From contig NC_043003.1 of assembly GCF_006345805.1 (NCBI RefSeq), forward strand, positions 85,684,001 through 85,748,000: a stretch of 64,000 nucleotides of DNA, in the 5' to 3' direction. This document shows, one piece after another, positions 28,891-41,613 of the stretch. The stretch's first letter is position 1. Every line of letters starts with the position of its first letter. Source of the stretch: Octopus sinensis. Taxonomy: Eukaryota. Under the pieces are notes generated by a model. That model searched no databases and was not told where the DNA came from. It saw nothing but the letters and a program-made list of their open reading frames with translations. A program made the position numbers and the translations under genes.

Positions 28891-30357
28891 AATAAGCTTT
28901 TACAAAAAACATGTTTAACTAACCGTTAGTATTACAAATTGTTATATAAAAACAAAATAATAATCTCACAATTAATAACAAATGTCAACCAAGCAAAATA
29001 GAATCACGAAACCGATGGTAAAAATCTAAATAACTGCAACAACAATTATGGAAGCAATTTTCTTTGAAAAATATCAGGTTAAATAGATGATTTATTATGC
29101 TACTGTCTATGCCAATCCTTCACCACGTTTTCATTTCAATTCTCCGTTAACTCAGTCTGCTTTTCCATCAAATGCTTCCTCTCCAGCTCCCTAAGACTTT
29201 TTCTCATATACTGGGTAAATCGCAATCTCATTCAAAATTAGATGTAATCAACTCAAATCAGATTTAATCAATGTTTTCCATTCCATCTGCAGTGTAGAAA
29301 GTGACACTCAATAATCTCTTTGAGTAACAGTCGCAGGATTTGATGTTTTTCCCGAATTCTTTCTTTACAGTAATTGTCTTTTAATGTTATTTATTCTACA
29401 GAGATGAATGATAACGTATTTACCCACTTCAAATGCTTACAGAACATTTGTGTCTCAATGTTCTTCAGATATATGAAGAACGTGAATTTTGACATTCATC
29501 ATTTCATTGACAAGTAATTAAGCTGACATTTATTTTTAAGTCATATCACATTCCATTTAGCGATATGTGTTCCCGAGATATTCTTACCATCTTCTCTCTC
29601 TACCGAAAGCCTAAGTTTGAGAGCCGTTCAATTAGTTGTACTGTCATTGAGAATAATATGCAAGAAATATGCTTGGGCACAAACGAAATCACTTCTCAAA
29701 GAGTATATCCAGAGTGGGGTAACGAGATATCACCTGTGATTTCAAAACATTACTATACTGTGCAATAGCGTAGGGCACTTAGATTTGGAATTGCCGTTGT
29801 TGAAATATATTCGACTGTCATTTTCAGGTACCCAGAGAATTATGCTTCTGATCAGTACTCTGCAAGTCGCCTAGGTTTGATCTTCCAGATAAGAAGATAT
29901 ACTGAGGTATGATTGGGAACTCTTACACTCTATCTCGCACGCATACACAAACGGATATCAACTAAGAGAACTACACCAGAGTGGCCAATGGCATGAATTT
30001 GTACGCAAGGATGAAGAAAGACTAAATACTTGACTTAATGAATTATCCTCTCTCCGAGAGAAAGCAAACAAACGCCAAGTGGTAATTACAGCCGTTAACA
30101 AATAAGAACGGGAGATAATCTGAATAATGAACAACTCTCCGGAATTAATATGACATTAACAAGAAGAGGGTCTGTTTTTTACTTTTAGAAACAAGAGGAC
30201 AGCACCGGACACCTAATTCTACCTAAACAGGGGTCATACATACACACACACATGTATATATTACAAATAATGAGCTATTACTTGCTGTTTCATATGCAAT
30301 TGAGCAACTTTGTAAAGAGACTTATTCTCTTACTTTTCAATGCTTAAAAATATAATC

Positions 30358-30412
<55 letters not shown>

Positions 30413-30902
30413 CGCATGCATGCACAGTACATCCATACACAACCCAACTACACAATGAAAAATAAAACGAAACTAAAGCAACGAAAACAGGCACGCATAC
30501 GCAGAAATTCACGCACACTTATGCTCGGGCTTATCTCCCCAAACTACCAATCTCCTGTGCATTGAAATCTTTTTTTCTTTTTCTTTCTGACTTCCTGTTA
30601 TTTGAAATGGAATTGATTTGACAATACACATACGCACTTTTATTTATGAATTTTTCTTGCTTTGTTTTTTAGCTTCTTCCTTCTTTCGTTTTATCTTTTA
30701 ATGAAGGTCTTACGTCTGTAACATAACGTCGAATGTTGATGAGAAATTGATGACGGCTCGTCAACTACAACGAATAATTACTACATCTAATGTAGAAAAA
30801 AAAAACCGTGATGAGATTGAAAAGACAAAATAGATAACTATATTTTCTTAAGAAATATTGAATTTCTAAATCTCTCGTAGAGACCTGTACGGTGGTGGGG
30901 CG

Positions 30903-31104
30903 ATAGAATGGTTGTATACTGTCAATCTAACAAGAACGTGACAGTAGGGGGTACACCACCGTTGTATAGCCCTAGGAGGCATCGAACGCCTCCTGACAGC
31001 TTCGACACTGTCAGGAGGCGTTCGATGCCTCCTAGGGCTATACAACGGTGGTGTACCCCCTACTGTCACGTTCTTGTTAGATTGACAGTATACAACCATT
31101 CTAT
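30903..31104. repeat. Perfect 97-bp inverted repeat with an 8-nt spacer
   Basis: 30903-30999 is the exact reverse complement of 31008-31104. Confidence 0.95.
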
Positions 31105-32557
31105 ATTTTCTTAAATCAGTATATTTGCTCTCGTTATTTTACAATCAGAAGGTTGTTATAATGTATTTGAGAAAAATTTAGATGGATGAATTGTATTTAT
31201 GAACATGTTATATTACATTTGATGAAGTATCTTTGTTGTATATATTTGTGCCGATATAGGAAAGGATGAAGAGAATATAAAGGGTCTCTGTTTCAATTTG
31301 AACTCCGATTGTTTTCTTTCCAATTGGAAGGATTTCTTAAACATAAAGAGGATTTTTAAGAATGAGTAATGATACTAGAAAAAAATCTGCGAAATAAAAT
31401 TATATTAAACGCATCCTAGATCGTTGAATGTGGTGACATCCAGGTAGGATGTCACCACAGATATGTCAAGTCAGATTTGTTCTGGAGCACAATACAAAAG
31501 ATCAGATCTGTAGAGAAAGAACAGAGAACTTAGCTGGCAGATAGTGTGAATGTCAGGAACTTAGCGATGTGAGCAGTGAAGCTCAATCGGCGAATTCTTT
31601 CATATGGCAGTCTCCAAGTAACAATGGTCAAATTTTGTGTCTGCCTGTCTGTCTGTCTTTACATATATGCAAAGATACACACAATATATACTTGAATAGT
31701 TAGACTTATACAACTCTGTCCAGTTTTCAACTAACTAAGCGAATGACCTGTCCAAAAAAACAAATAGAGAAAGTATTACTACAACTAATTGCTTTGTATA
31801 CGTATGCCAGGGGAGCAAACAGAGAGGAAGAGATAGATAGACAGAGAGTAAGAAAGGGGAAGAGAAATAAGTGAGAAGAGAGACTAACAGAGAAGACGAA
31901 GAGAGAATGAGAGAGTGAGTGAGAGAGAGAGAGAGAGAGAGAAAGAAAAAGAGAGAGAAGGAGAGAGTGTGAGAGAATGAAATGAAAAACTACGAGTTAG
32001 AAGATTATACCGGTAATTACAGAGGACGACTACGGATTTCCTTAGCGAAGAATAGACTTCACCGTAACTGATAAGAAAGCTGTAAAATATTGTACTTGAG
32101 CAGGTTTTAAATTCAGTCTATCAAGAGTTTCTGGTGATTATGGCGCTTTATACTATTCGAAATATAATCTTAAAAACTAAAACTCACTATTAATTTATGT
32201 TAATTGATTTTGGAAGTATACAAATGTATGGAAATACGGAAGACGCCTATATATTGTGTTCGGAGACAAATCAGAAATTTAAAAGCAGTGAAACTTTTGA
32301 CAACTAGAAAAGAAAAAAAAAATGTTTGGGTTTATTTATTTTCTTGGCTGATGGCCTCGATTATTATCAGTGATGTTGATAAGTGGTTATATTTCTAGCT
32401 AAATACAAACAACGTTATCTTACTGTAATTTAAGTATTTTGATGCTTCTATTCAAATGAGACACTCAAAAAGATAAGTATGAAGCATCTTCTTTGTAGAT
32501 TTAGCAAAATAAAAAAAAGAAAATATAAGGAAAGAAATATAAGAAAAGAAAATATAA

Positions 32558-32966
32558 GGCGCAGGAGTGGCTGTGTGGTAAGTAGCTTGCTTACCAACCA
32601 CATGGTTCCGGGTTCAATCCCACTGCGTGGCATCTTGAACAAGTGTCTTCTGCTATAGCATCGGGCCAACCAAAGCCTTGTGAGTGGATTTGGTAGACGG
32701 AAACTGAAAGAAGCCCGTCGTATATATGTATATATATATATATGTGTGTGTATGTTTGTGTGTCTGTTTTTGTCCCCCTAGCATTGCTTGACAATCGATG
32801 CTGGTGTGTTTACGTCACCGTCACTTAGCGGTTCGGCAAAAAGACCGATAGAATAAGTACTGGGCTTACAAAGAATAAGTTCCGGGGTCGATTTGCTCGA
32901 CTAAAGGCGGTGCTCCAGCATGGCCGCAGTCAAATGACTGAAACAAGTAAAAGAGAGTAAAGAGTA
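32558..32966 (+). mobile_element. tRNA-SINE family A, full length
   Basis: Colinear with 17214-17726. Confidence 0.85.
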
Positions 32967-33585
32967 AATGACAGTTTTTACAACGTGTCACAATCAATAT
33001 ATTCTCATTGTTTAAAAAGTAGTTTGAAGTAGTGTTACTTTACCTTAGCTCAATGAAAAATAAAGGAAAATGTACAAATATCATAACATTCCCATTTCCT
33101 TCTCACCTTTAAATACGGAATCTTTGAGATTAGTTATATAGAAAAAAAGCCATAAAGAAAAAAGAGAAGCTAATGGCTCTATGCCAACGAGAAAGTCTTT
33201 AAGGTATCACTTGGCCTTCTGGAGTATCACCCAAATGTCACATTACATAATCTATTATGCTTCAAGAGGAGAGGACATGATTTGTAATGTCATCTTAGAT
33301 ACGCTACGTCTAGACATAGAATGCAGAATAGTCACTGCTGGAATACCCTTGAACGTAGGTCAGCCGATTAAGAGCTAATATATAATTAAACAGTAACTTT
33401 TCTTTTGACCCCCTTCGGTCATGAATGACCATGGGATTGGACCTAGAAAGTTACCCTACGAGGCACAAGTCTGGGCAAGGTTGTTTATGGAAGACCAGCA
33501 GTCGCCCATGCATACCAGCCTCCCCTCTTCAAGGGAAAGGCAAAGGCCGATACAGCTTGGCACCAGTGACGCTGCAGCTCATTTA

Positions 33586-33852
33586 TTAACATGCAAGTGG
33601 CTGAGCATTTCACAGATACGTGTACCCTTAATGTAGTTCTCAGGGAGATTCAGCGTGACACAGAGTGTGACAAAGCTGGCTCTTGGAAATACAGGTACAA
33701 CAGAAACAGGAAAACAGAGTGAGAGAAAGTTGTGGTGAAAGCTTTAGATGTTTTTGCTCAATAAACACTCACAATGCCCGGTCTGGGAATCGAAACCGCG
33801 ATCCTACGACCGCGAGTCCGCTGCCCTAACCACCGTGCCATTGCGCCGCCAC
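33586..33852 (-). mobile_element. tRNA-SINE family C
   Basis: Minus-strand head ggcgcaatggcacggtggttagggcagcggactcgcggtcgtaggatcgcggtttcgattccc. Confidence 0.75.
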
Positions 33853-34757
33853 TAAACAGCAACTGTGTTTTCGATAAATAATTACCAAAATCTGTGTTGA
33901 AACGTTAAGAGGAAATAAGATTTTGTAGCATTTACGAATTTCCCAGTAGATTCAGTGACATTGAAGTGAAATTACTTCAATGGAGTTTCGAAGCCGTACC
34001 GTAATCTCAGATTACCAGAGATCTGTCCCTTGCTCTACAGCGCTCGCTGCGTAGAAACTAATGATTTTTAATAGTTATAACATATAGAAAGCAGAACCAG
34101 TAAAGTAAATTTTACCTTCTGACACATAGAATGAATGAACTGATCACAAACCGGAAAAATCTGTTAGTAAGGTAGAACTGAAAGCAAGTTTAATGTGTTT
34201 GAAGAGTATTGGGTGTTGAACGCAAGATTATTTACGACGTAGACAAGTAATAACAATGACGAAGACCGCCACGAGGGTCATAATAATGTTTTTAGTGAAA
34301 CATGATTTTTATTTGCTATTTAATGTTTCAGATATTTTATGGCATTGCGTTCTATGCGTGCGTTTTTCGACATCGCATGATTCGTATGATACGGAAATTG
34401 GTAACTGATGAATTAGGAATATCTGCAAGGTACAATGCAAAGTTTAGCCATCAGTTGTAATTAACAATACATAGAACCTGGACGACAACAAAAGGCACTT
34501 CACAATAATACCTTCGTGATCAAGAACGTTGTGAAGGTTTGAAACTGAAAAAGACCAACACATTGAAGAGATTTCTGAAACATTAGTAATGAATATTTGA
34601 TGAGTATTCAAACAAGTTCCGCTTTCCTGCTGACGTGTTTCCTATCGTTGGCAAAGTAATAGAAAAGTTGACAAAGCAACATCATACGAATGGAATAAGC
34701 TGCTGTGACCATATTTGCTTTTAATGTTTTGATTGACAGAATTGATCAATACACCTA

Positions 34758-34803
<46 letters not shown>

Positions 34804-34903
34804 ACACACACACACACACGCACGCACACACGCACGCACACACGCACGCATGCGCACACACACGCATGCACATACACACGCATGCACACACACATATGCC
34901 CGT

Positions 34904-35008
34904 GGGCATATGGCGTAGTGGTTAAGAGTACGGGTTACTAACCCTATGATTCCGAGTTCGATTCTAGGCAGTGACCTGAATAATAATGATGATGATGATG
35001 ATGATGAC

Positions 35009-35057
<49 letters not shown>

Positions 35058-35235
35058 TCGAAAAATACCTTAGGAATGGGAACCCAGGTTCGAAATTTCC
35101 CCAAGATACCTGATGAAGGCTGGAAGGTATATCAGCCGAAACGTTGTGTTAACAACAAACAAGATGAGGACAAATATCCGTCAAATGTAAATAATGTGCA
35201 TAATTCCACATCTCTTAAATACAGAACTCAAGTAT
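34904..35235 (+). mobile_element. tRNA-headed SINE carrying an internal hammerhead ribozyme
   Basis: A box TGGCGTAGTGG (34911-34921), B box GTTCGATTC (34956-34964), (AAT/GAT)n spacer, HHR at 35105-35150. Confidence 0.75.
35105..35150 (+). ncRNA. Minimal type I hammerhead ribozyme
   Basis: gatac-CTGATGA-a-GGCTG(10 nt)CAGCC-GAAA-CGT-T-gtgtt; palindromic ACGT stem III; predicted cleavage after 35145. Confidence 0.7.
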
Positions 35236-35435
35236 AACAGATTCAATACAAAGGTTCAAATCAGGCAGACTTCGATTAACACAAGCATATACGGATTTAA
35301 TCAGGATAAAATAAGAATTGTCCAATCGAAACATATATTGATATAGAAATATAAAAATATATGAATACTAAAAATATACATGGACATATAGATATATAAA
35401 TGTATAAACATAATAATAATGGAATATAGAAAAAT

Positions 35436-35516
35436 ATTTTCGTTGCGTCTTGCAACCTTTTCAATAGTTGTTGAGAGTCAACAACTATTGAAAAAGTTGC
35501 AAGACGCAACGAAAAT
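35436..35516. repeat. 39-bp hairpin (one mismatch, 3-nt loop)
   Basis: attttcgttgcgtcttgcaaccttttcaatagttgttga gag tcaacaactattgaaaaagttgcaagacgcaacgaaaat. Confidence 0.9.
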
Positions 35517-35649
35517 TTTAGGAAAATAATAAGTAAATGAGTAGAAATTTTACCGGTGTGTGTGTTAAATTATAAGGTACTAAAAGAGAATGACTCTCCC
35601 CAGACACACGAACTCAAATAAAGAGTCTTGCAAACCAAATCCCAAAACG

Positions 35650-35689
<40 letters not shown>

Positions 35690-36070
35690 GCACGCACGCA
35701 CACACACACACACACACACACACAGAGAATATATTAGAATGAAATAAAAAAGATGCTTATTATTGATCTTCTGTTTGAAAAATGCTCCCTAAAAATAAGT
35801 TTTTTTTTCTTGAATTAAGAACTGGTTCATAGCTTGAATATCAGGTTTGATATAACTTTTTAACTTTAAGTCAATGTTGTCATTGTTGCTTCTGTTTTTG
35901 TGTAAGTACTTTAAGCTGTAATTGAGCAGACCAGTAACAGAGGTACAGCTTAGTGGCTCATTTAGAAAAGGCTTAGAAATTAATCAGGCCTCATATAACG
36001 TAACTATATACAACTAATTTTGCATTCATTATTTTGTGGAACCCTGTTGACAGAGATAGGAGCAGTCCAC

Positions 36071-36280
36071 CTCTGTGTTTAGCCCCTTGTGGGTAGTAAA
36101 GAAATAGGTATTTCGTCTGCCGTTACGTTCTGAGTTCAAATTCCGCCGAGGTCGACTTTGTCTTTCATCCTTTCGGGGTCGGTAAATAAAGTACCAGTTA
36201 CGCACTGGGGTCGATATAATCGACTTAATCTCTTTGTTTGTCCCCTCTATGTTTAGCTCCTTGTGGGCAATAAAGAAATA
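36071..36280 (+). mobile_element. tRNA-SINE family B in tail-body-tail (partial tandem) form
   Basis: B box gagttcaaattcc and ccgaggtcgactttg...catcctttcggggtcg...aagtaccag core; 36-nt tail present at 36071-36106 and 36245-36280. Confidence 0.7.
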
Positions 36281-38544
36281 AGAAAATGTTTTACAGTATG
36301 TAACAAAATGTAACACGTCGAGATGTAACAGGTGGGGAGCTAACACGTGGAAATGCTGCACGTGGTTCTATAACACGTAGAGATGTAACAAGTGATGTTT
36401 GGTAAGTTTATAAGATCTGATTATATTGAAATGAATTGATGAAAGTTAGTTTATGCTTATTGCAAATTTTATTAAAACGTTATGTAATTGCACAACTACC
36501 ACCAGTTGAAAGAAAACACAAACGTTTGTATTGTGGATGGCAGACTTTTGCATCGAAAATCTCGTGTCCAGTCCTTATACTAATATGTTACTAAGTGTGT
36601 GGAAGGAGGAAGGCAAGGTTTGCAATGGTTGCATGAAAGGAATTTTTGTTAGTGTGTGTGTTTGATGTATGGCAGTGTGATTGCGTGCTCGAAAATTAGT
36701 CTTGTCGAAGTTGTAAAAGAAGATAGAAAGAAACTCTTTGAAAATCACAGAAGGAACGGGTTGTTTTTACAGGTATCACGAATACGTACTCGTGTTAAAG
36801 CTGAATTAAGTCACTGAAATTTGAATTGAATGAGATTCTCTAGATTCACTATTATTTCACTAAGATGACGGCGAATTTGACAGGAAAAATCAAACGGATT
36901 TTAATTGCACAATTCGAGAACAAAGGAAACGCACGTGAAGCTCAAGGTTTCGATCCCTGGTCATGAATACGCTGTAAATCTTTTACAAGTGCTTTACATT
37001 CTGAGTTCAAATCTGACCAAACTCAAGTTTGACTTTCTTCCTTGCGAGGACAACAAAATAAAATATCATCTCTATAATGCATTGTAGATGTGAAAGGAAA
37101 TAAACAAAATTAGAAGGATTTAATAGATTCATTAAGCTTGTTTTAAACAGATGTGTATAACATTTATAAAGTATTTACATATATAGAGCAACGCTAGCTG
37201 TAATAATTTGTCTCAGAGACGAATATCCAAACAGTTTACATTTGAACACTTTAAAAAAGAAAATGACTTTCCCCTATGCACTCCCAAGGTCGTCTGTACA
37301 CCGTTGTGTCGGATCATTATCCGCAAATTGCGAACGAATAAACTCTTCAAGCATTTTATATTAGTAAAGTGAACGCTTTTAATTTAATGCGGTAAATCAA
37401 GACATTCCCGCAGTTTATTCTTTGCATCATGTGTATGGTTTTTTTCTTTTCTAAATTCAAGTTATCGACGATTTGGCTAATGGCAGTACAATTATATTTT
37501 AAACTAAAAATAAATTGTCAGTGCTTATTAAAATTTTTATTCCATAGAAATGAATGTTTTGTTGAAAATGAGTAACCAGTTTAACAGAAAAGCTTTAATT
37601 TTATTTGACATTTTCGTTTTTCATTTCGATCACAGTGTGTGAGTCTGAAACAGTAAATTTTATGATATAAATTTAGAAGAGTTTAATGAACAGTATTTAG
37701 TGCTAAAGTTTCGATTTTCCTATTGACAGTTAAATAAATCGTTATGTTTTAAAATATGTTAGAGACTCGTTGCAAGCACCGTAGACTACGCAGTAAATCG
37801 TGGATGAAGCGAGACGGCTGAGTAACTGAGTCTCGATTGACAGTCAGAGTTATCTGATTTTAGTTACACTGCATATTTGATATGGAAAGCATGAGTCTCA
37901 TATCTCAGTTTCCCTATCATCAATCAATGAAAAGAAAGAAACATATCTCTATTCTTGCTTCAACTTTAGAAAAAAGGAAAAAAAAAACCTATCTCAGTTA
38001 CTCGAATTGCGAAGATTTTTGCTTGAAGCTATTCCACTTCGATTCTGGAAAAGCATTACTAGATTCCTCCCCAGCCGCACTCTTCTAAAACGTGGCTTTT
38101 TACCAAACGAAAAAAGCTAAAAAAAAAACAAACAAACAAAACAAAACAAAACAAAAAATTCATTGCATCATTAAATTAAAACGCACATTTTTTTCAATGA
38201 TAATGAATGATCTTTTATATCAGTACAAGGGCAATGGATTTTTGAGTAGTGTATCAGACTAAACTAAATATCTTGCTGTATTTAATTATGTCTCTTTAAC
38301 GTCGAATTTCAAAATCCCAGCAGCTCGACTTTATCTTTTATCTTTTTGGGTTGATAAACAAGTACCCGTAGTCTATTGGATCGATTCTATTGGCTACACC
38401 CTCCGATCAGAGTGTATGGTTTTGTGTGCCCATGTGAACATTATTGCTGACAGCACGGGTGGTCAGTCAAGGTATGGGTAGCCAACCGAGAGGTTAGCAG
38501 TTTCGTATTTCATTGTGTTGTATTTGTTGCCAAGGTAATCGACT

Positions 38545-38680
38545 CTCGTATGACTCAGCTGTTAATAAATACTACTGGGAGCAGGTCGATAAATTAAGTA
38601 CCAGTTGCGTACTAGGGTCGATCTAATCGACTGACTCCCTCCCCAAAAATTTCGGGTTTTGTGCCTAGAGTAGAAAAGAA
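38545..38680 (+). mobile_element. tRNA-SINE family B fragment
   Basis: ggtcgataaattaagtaccagttgcgtactagggtcgatctaatcgact core. Confidence 0.55.
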
Positions 38681-39542
38681 AATACTACTGGGTCAGTGTC
38701 TATTTATAACGCTAATGTAATGTTGTTTTTAACTTTACATAGTGTAGTTCTTTAGCTTTCAGAAATGAACTTAACCTTTCCTACTACAAATCTTTCATAT
38801 AGATAAACTCTCATACTGATTTGCTCCAAATACAGTGCATGAAGGGGGAATTTTCAGTGGTACTCTTCCTTATAGTCTCTGGAGTTAATTTGCTTGTTAC
38901 ACTGCTAAAATCCAAGGGAGGTAATAGTAGTTAACTGAATCTGTAACTGTGGCAATTATTTTATTCGTGCTGACGTTGGTGACATAAGACAAATGAATTC
39001 ATCTTGTCCAGGTTTGAACTCAACAAGATTTCAGTCAGCGTCATTTCTACCATTGCACTCATCGTCTCTTTTTCCTGTCTTAGTTCACAAAATGTAATAA
39101 TTAATGAAAGAATTATATCTTAATTGCAAATTAGTAGACAGAATTGCGTGGAAGTTGACCTGAGGGATTGTCCTTGTAATTTGTGCGGTAGTTCTTATCT
39201 GTCTCCCGGTTTAACACCACCACCACATAACACCTGGACTCAAAGTGTAATAAGAAGAAACCAAATACAGACTTTTACTTCAGCGTACTATCATTTTTGC
39301 TCATCACTTCAGTGGCAATTTTTCTATTGATCAAACTGAGACGTGAGAGCAGTGCTTGTGATCTTCGCAGACTTTCCCAAATTGGTGAGATCAGATGTGT
39401 TTGTGTCAACTTTGAATATCAGCAGATCGACGCCTATAGTTTGCGGGGAAGGTACAAATCTGTAAAATAACCCCAACCCCATCACACACAAGCATGCACA
39501 GGCATACACATTTTTCTGTTTCTGTATTTGTCTCTCACATGC

Positions 39543-39595
<53 letters not shown>

Positions 39596-39597
39596 GA

Positions 39598-39978
39598 GAA
39601 GTACTCCGTCGAATTACGACGACGAGGGTTCCGGTTGATTCGAATCAACGGAACAGCCGGCTCGTGAAATTAACGTGTAAGTGGCTGAGCACTCCACAGA
39701 CACGTGTACCCTTAACGTTGTTCTCGGGGATATTCAGCGTGACACAGAGAGTGACAAGGCCGGCCCTTTGAAATACAGGTACAACAGAAACATGAAGTAA
39801 GAGTGAGAGAAAGTTGTGGTGAAAGAGTACAGCAGGGATCACCACCATCCCCTGCCGGAGCCTCGTGGAGCTTTAGGTGTTTTCGCTCAATAAACACTCA
39901 CAACGCCCGGTCTGGGAATCGAAACCGCGATCCTATGACCGCGAGTCCGCTGCCCTAACCACTGGGCCATTGCACCTC
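39598..39978 (-). mobile_element. tRNA-SINE family C, near full length
   Basis: Colinear with 33586-33852; tRNA head on the minus strand. Confidence 0.8.
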
Positions 39979-39989
39979 CACATATATAT

Positions 39990-40180
39990 AGTTACTCCAA
40001 AACATGAACAAAGCGAAAACACAAAGCGAGGTCGTGGAACAAGTATAGTGTTATTGGACGCTCAGGAAAGGAAAAAAAGAAGGCGGATTCAACTTTTCGA
40101 GCGGAGCTCTTCGTCAGAAACATAGAAAAAGAAAAGGTCTAAGGAAGGCAAGACGGAGACAGGAGAGTGCAAGAGAAGGA
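39990..40180 (-). mobile_element. Short PLE-derived element with a hammerhead (40088-40120)
   Basis: Minus strand ttt-CTGACGA-a-GAGC tcc GCTC-GAAA-agt-t; related to 47830-48000. Confidence 0.65.
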
Positions 40181-41457
40181 GGTATGTGTGTGTATGTGTG
40201 GGTATGTGCGTGCGCGCAGGTCTGTGTGTCTGTGTGTGTGTGTAATGATAGCACGTGTTTGTGCATGTGTGTGTATATGTATGTGTGTGTTTGTGTGTGT
40301 ATGTGTGTATGCCTATGGGTTGTGTGTGTGGGGAGTAACCGTACTTTACTTTGTGTATGTGTGTACAAGTATGTATAATTGTGTGCGTGTATGTATGTGT
40401 GTGCTGTGTGTATGGGTGGTATGTGTGGGTTCATTTACGTGTGTGTGTGTGTGTGTGTGCGTGTGCATATACACGTGTGTGCGTGTGAATGTATATGCGT
40501 GTGTACATGTGTGAGTATGTGCGCGTGTATTTTGTGTGTGCATGTGCATGTGTGTGTATGTGTACGAGGGGCTGTGTAGGGGAATAGGCGCGGTTTTTTG
40601 CGCGTGTATGCATGTGCGCGTGTGTGTGTGCGTGTACATGTGTATGTGTGTGTAGTTGTGTGTGCGTGTGTATGAGTGTGCGTGGGGTTGTGAGTATTAG
40701 GTATGTGTGCATTCATGTGCGTATGTACGTACGTATGTGCGTGCATATGTGTGCGCATGTTTGTGTGTGCGTGTGAGTGTGTCTGTGTCTATATGTGTAT
40801 GCGTATGTGTATGTGTATGTGTGTGCGCGTATATGCATATATTGTGCGTGTATGTATATGTATGAGTGTATATATATATATACATATGTATGTGCGTATG
40901 TATGTATATGCATGTGTATACATATATACATATATATATGTCTGCTTTTATGCACTAAGAGCCTATATGTGAGAATCTCTCAAGGCTAGCAACGCAGTAT
41001 TCGGTATTCTAACAAGGCATCCATATTAGTTGAATATAAAGATTACCTTTTAGCTTTAATACTACTTTACTCGCAGATTATTAATTGCTAATAAGCCTGC
41101 AGGCTATTTGCGACATCAGTGCCTGAAAAGATGCTGCTATTCTATAAATCGTAGCAGCGAGATTCGACTGGCATGCAGTGACCGGACGCCTTCCACTGGT
41201 GATATCCAATAGAACGAAATAACGTGATATGGGAGTTCTGGCGCCCATGACAGACGATTCTTGTCTGCTAAGATCGATGTGTGTGCTTTTTTGCGCCAGG
41301 CGTCTTTATAAGAGGATCTCTCAAGGCTAACAACGCAGTATTCGGTATGCATGTGTATGCATATATACATCCATCCATCCATATTAAGTTTGATATAACG
41401 ATATGTATGTATGTATGCATGCATGTACGTACGTACGTACGTATGTATGTATGTATG

Positions 41458-41489
<32 letters not shown>

Positions 41490-41613
41490 TGTATGTATGT
41501 ATGTATGTATGTATGTATGCATGCGTGTGTGTGTATGTATGTATGTATGTATTTATGTATGTATGTATGCATGCGTGTGTGTGTGTAGGTATTTATGTAT
41601 GTATGTATGTATA

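Noticed and set aside
31400-31510. Minus-strand exon resembling a kinase-like APE motif (DLLYCAPEQI)
   Set aside because: The acceptor is good, but all three frames hit a stop within about 20 codons and no partner exons were found
34255-34290. Hammerhead-like TGACGA-a-GACC...GGTC
   Set aside because: Core C3 and GAAA are both altered and stems I and III are absent
34904-34975. Functional tRNA gene
   Set aside because: The acceptor stem does not close and it runs into a SINE body; the same applies to the other tRNA-like heads
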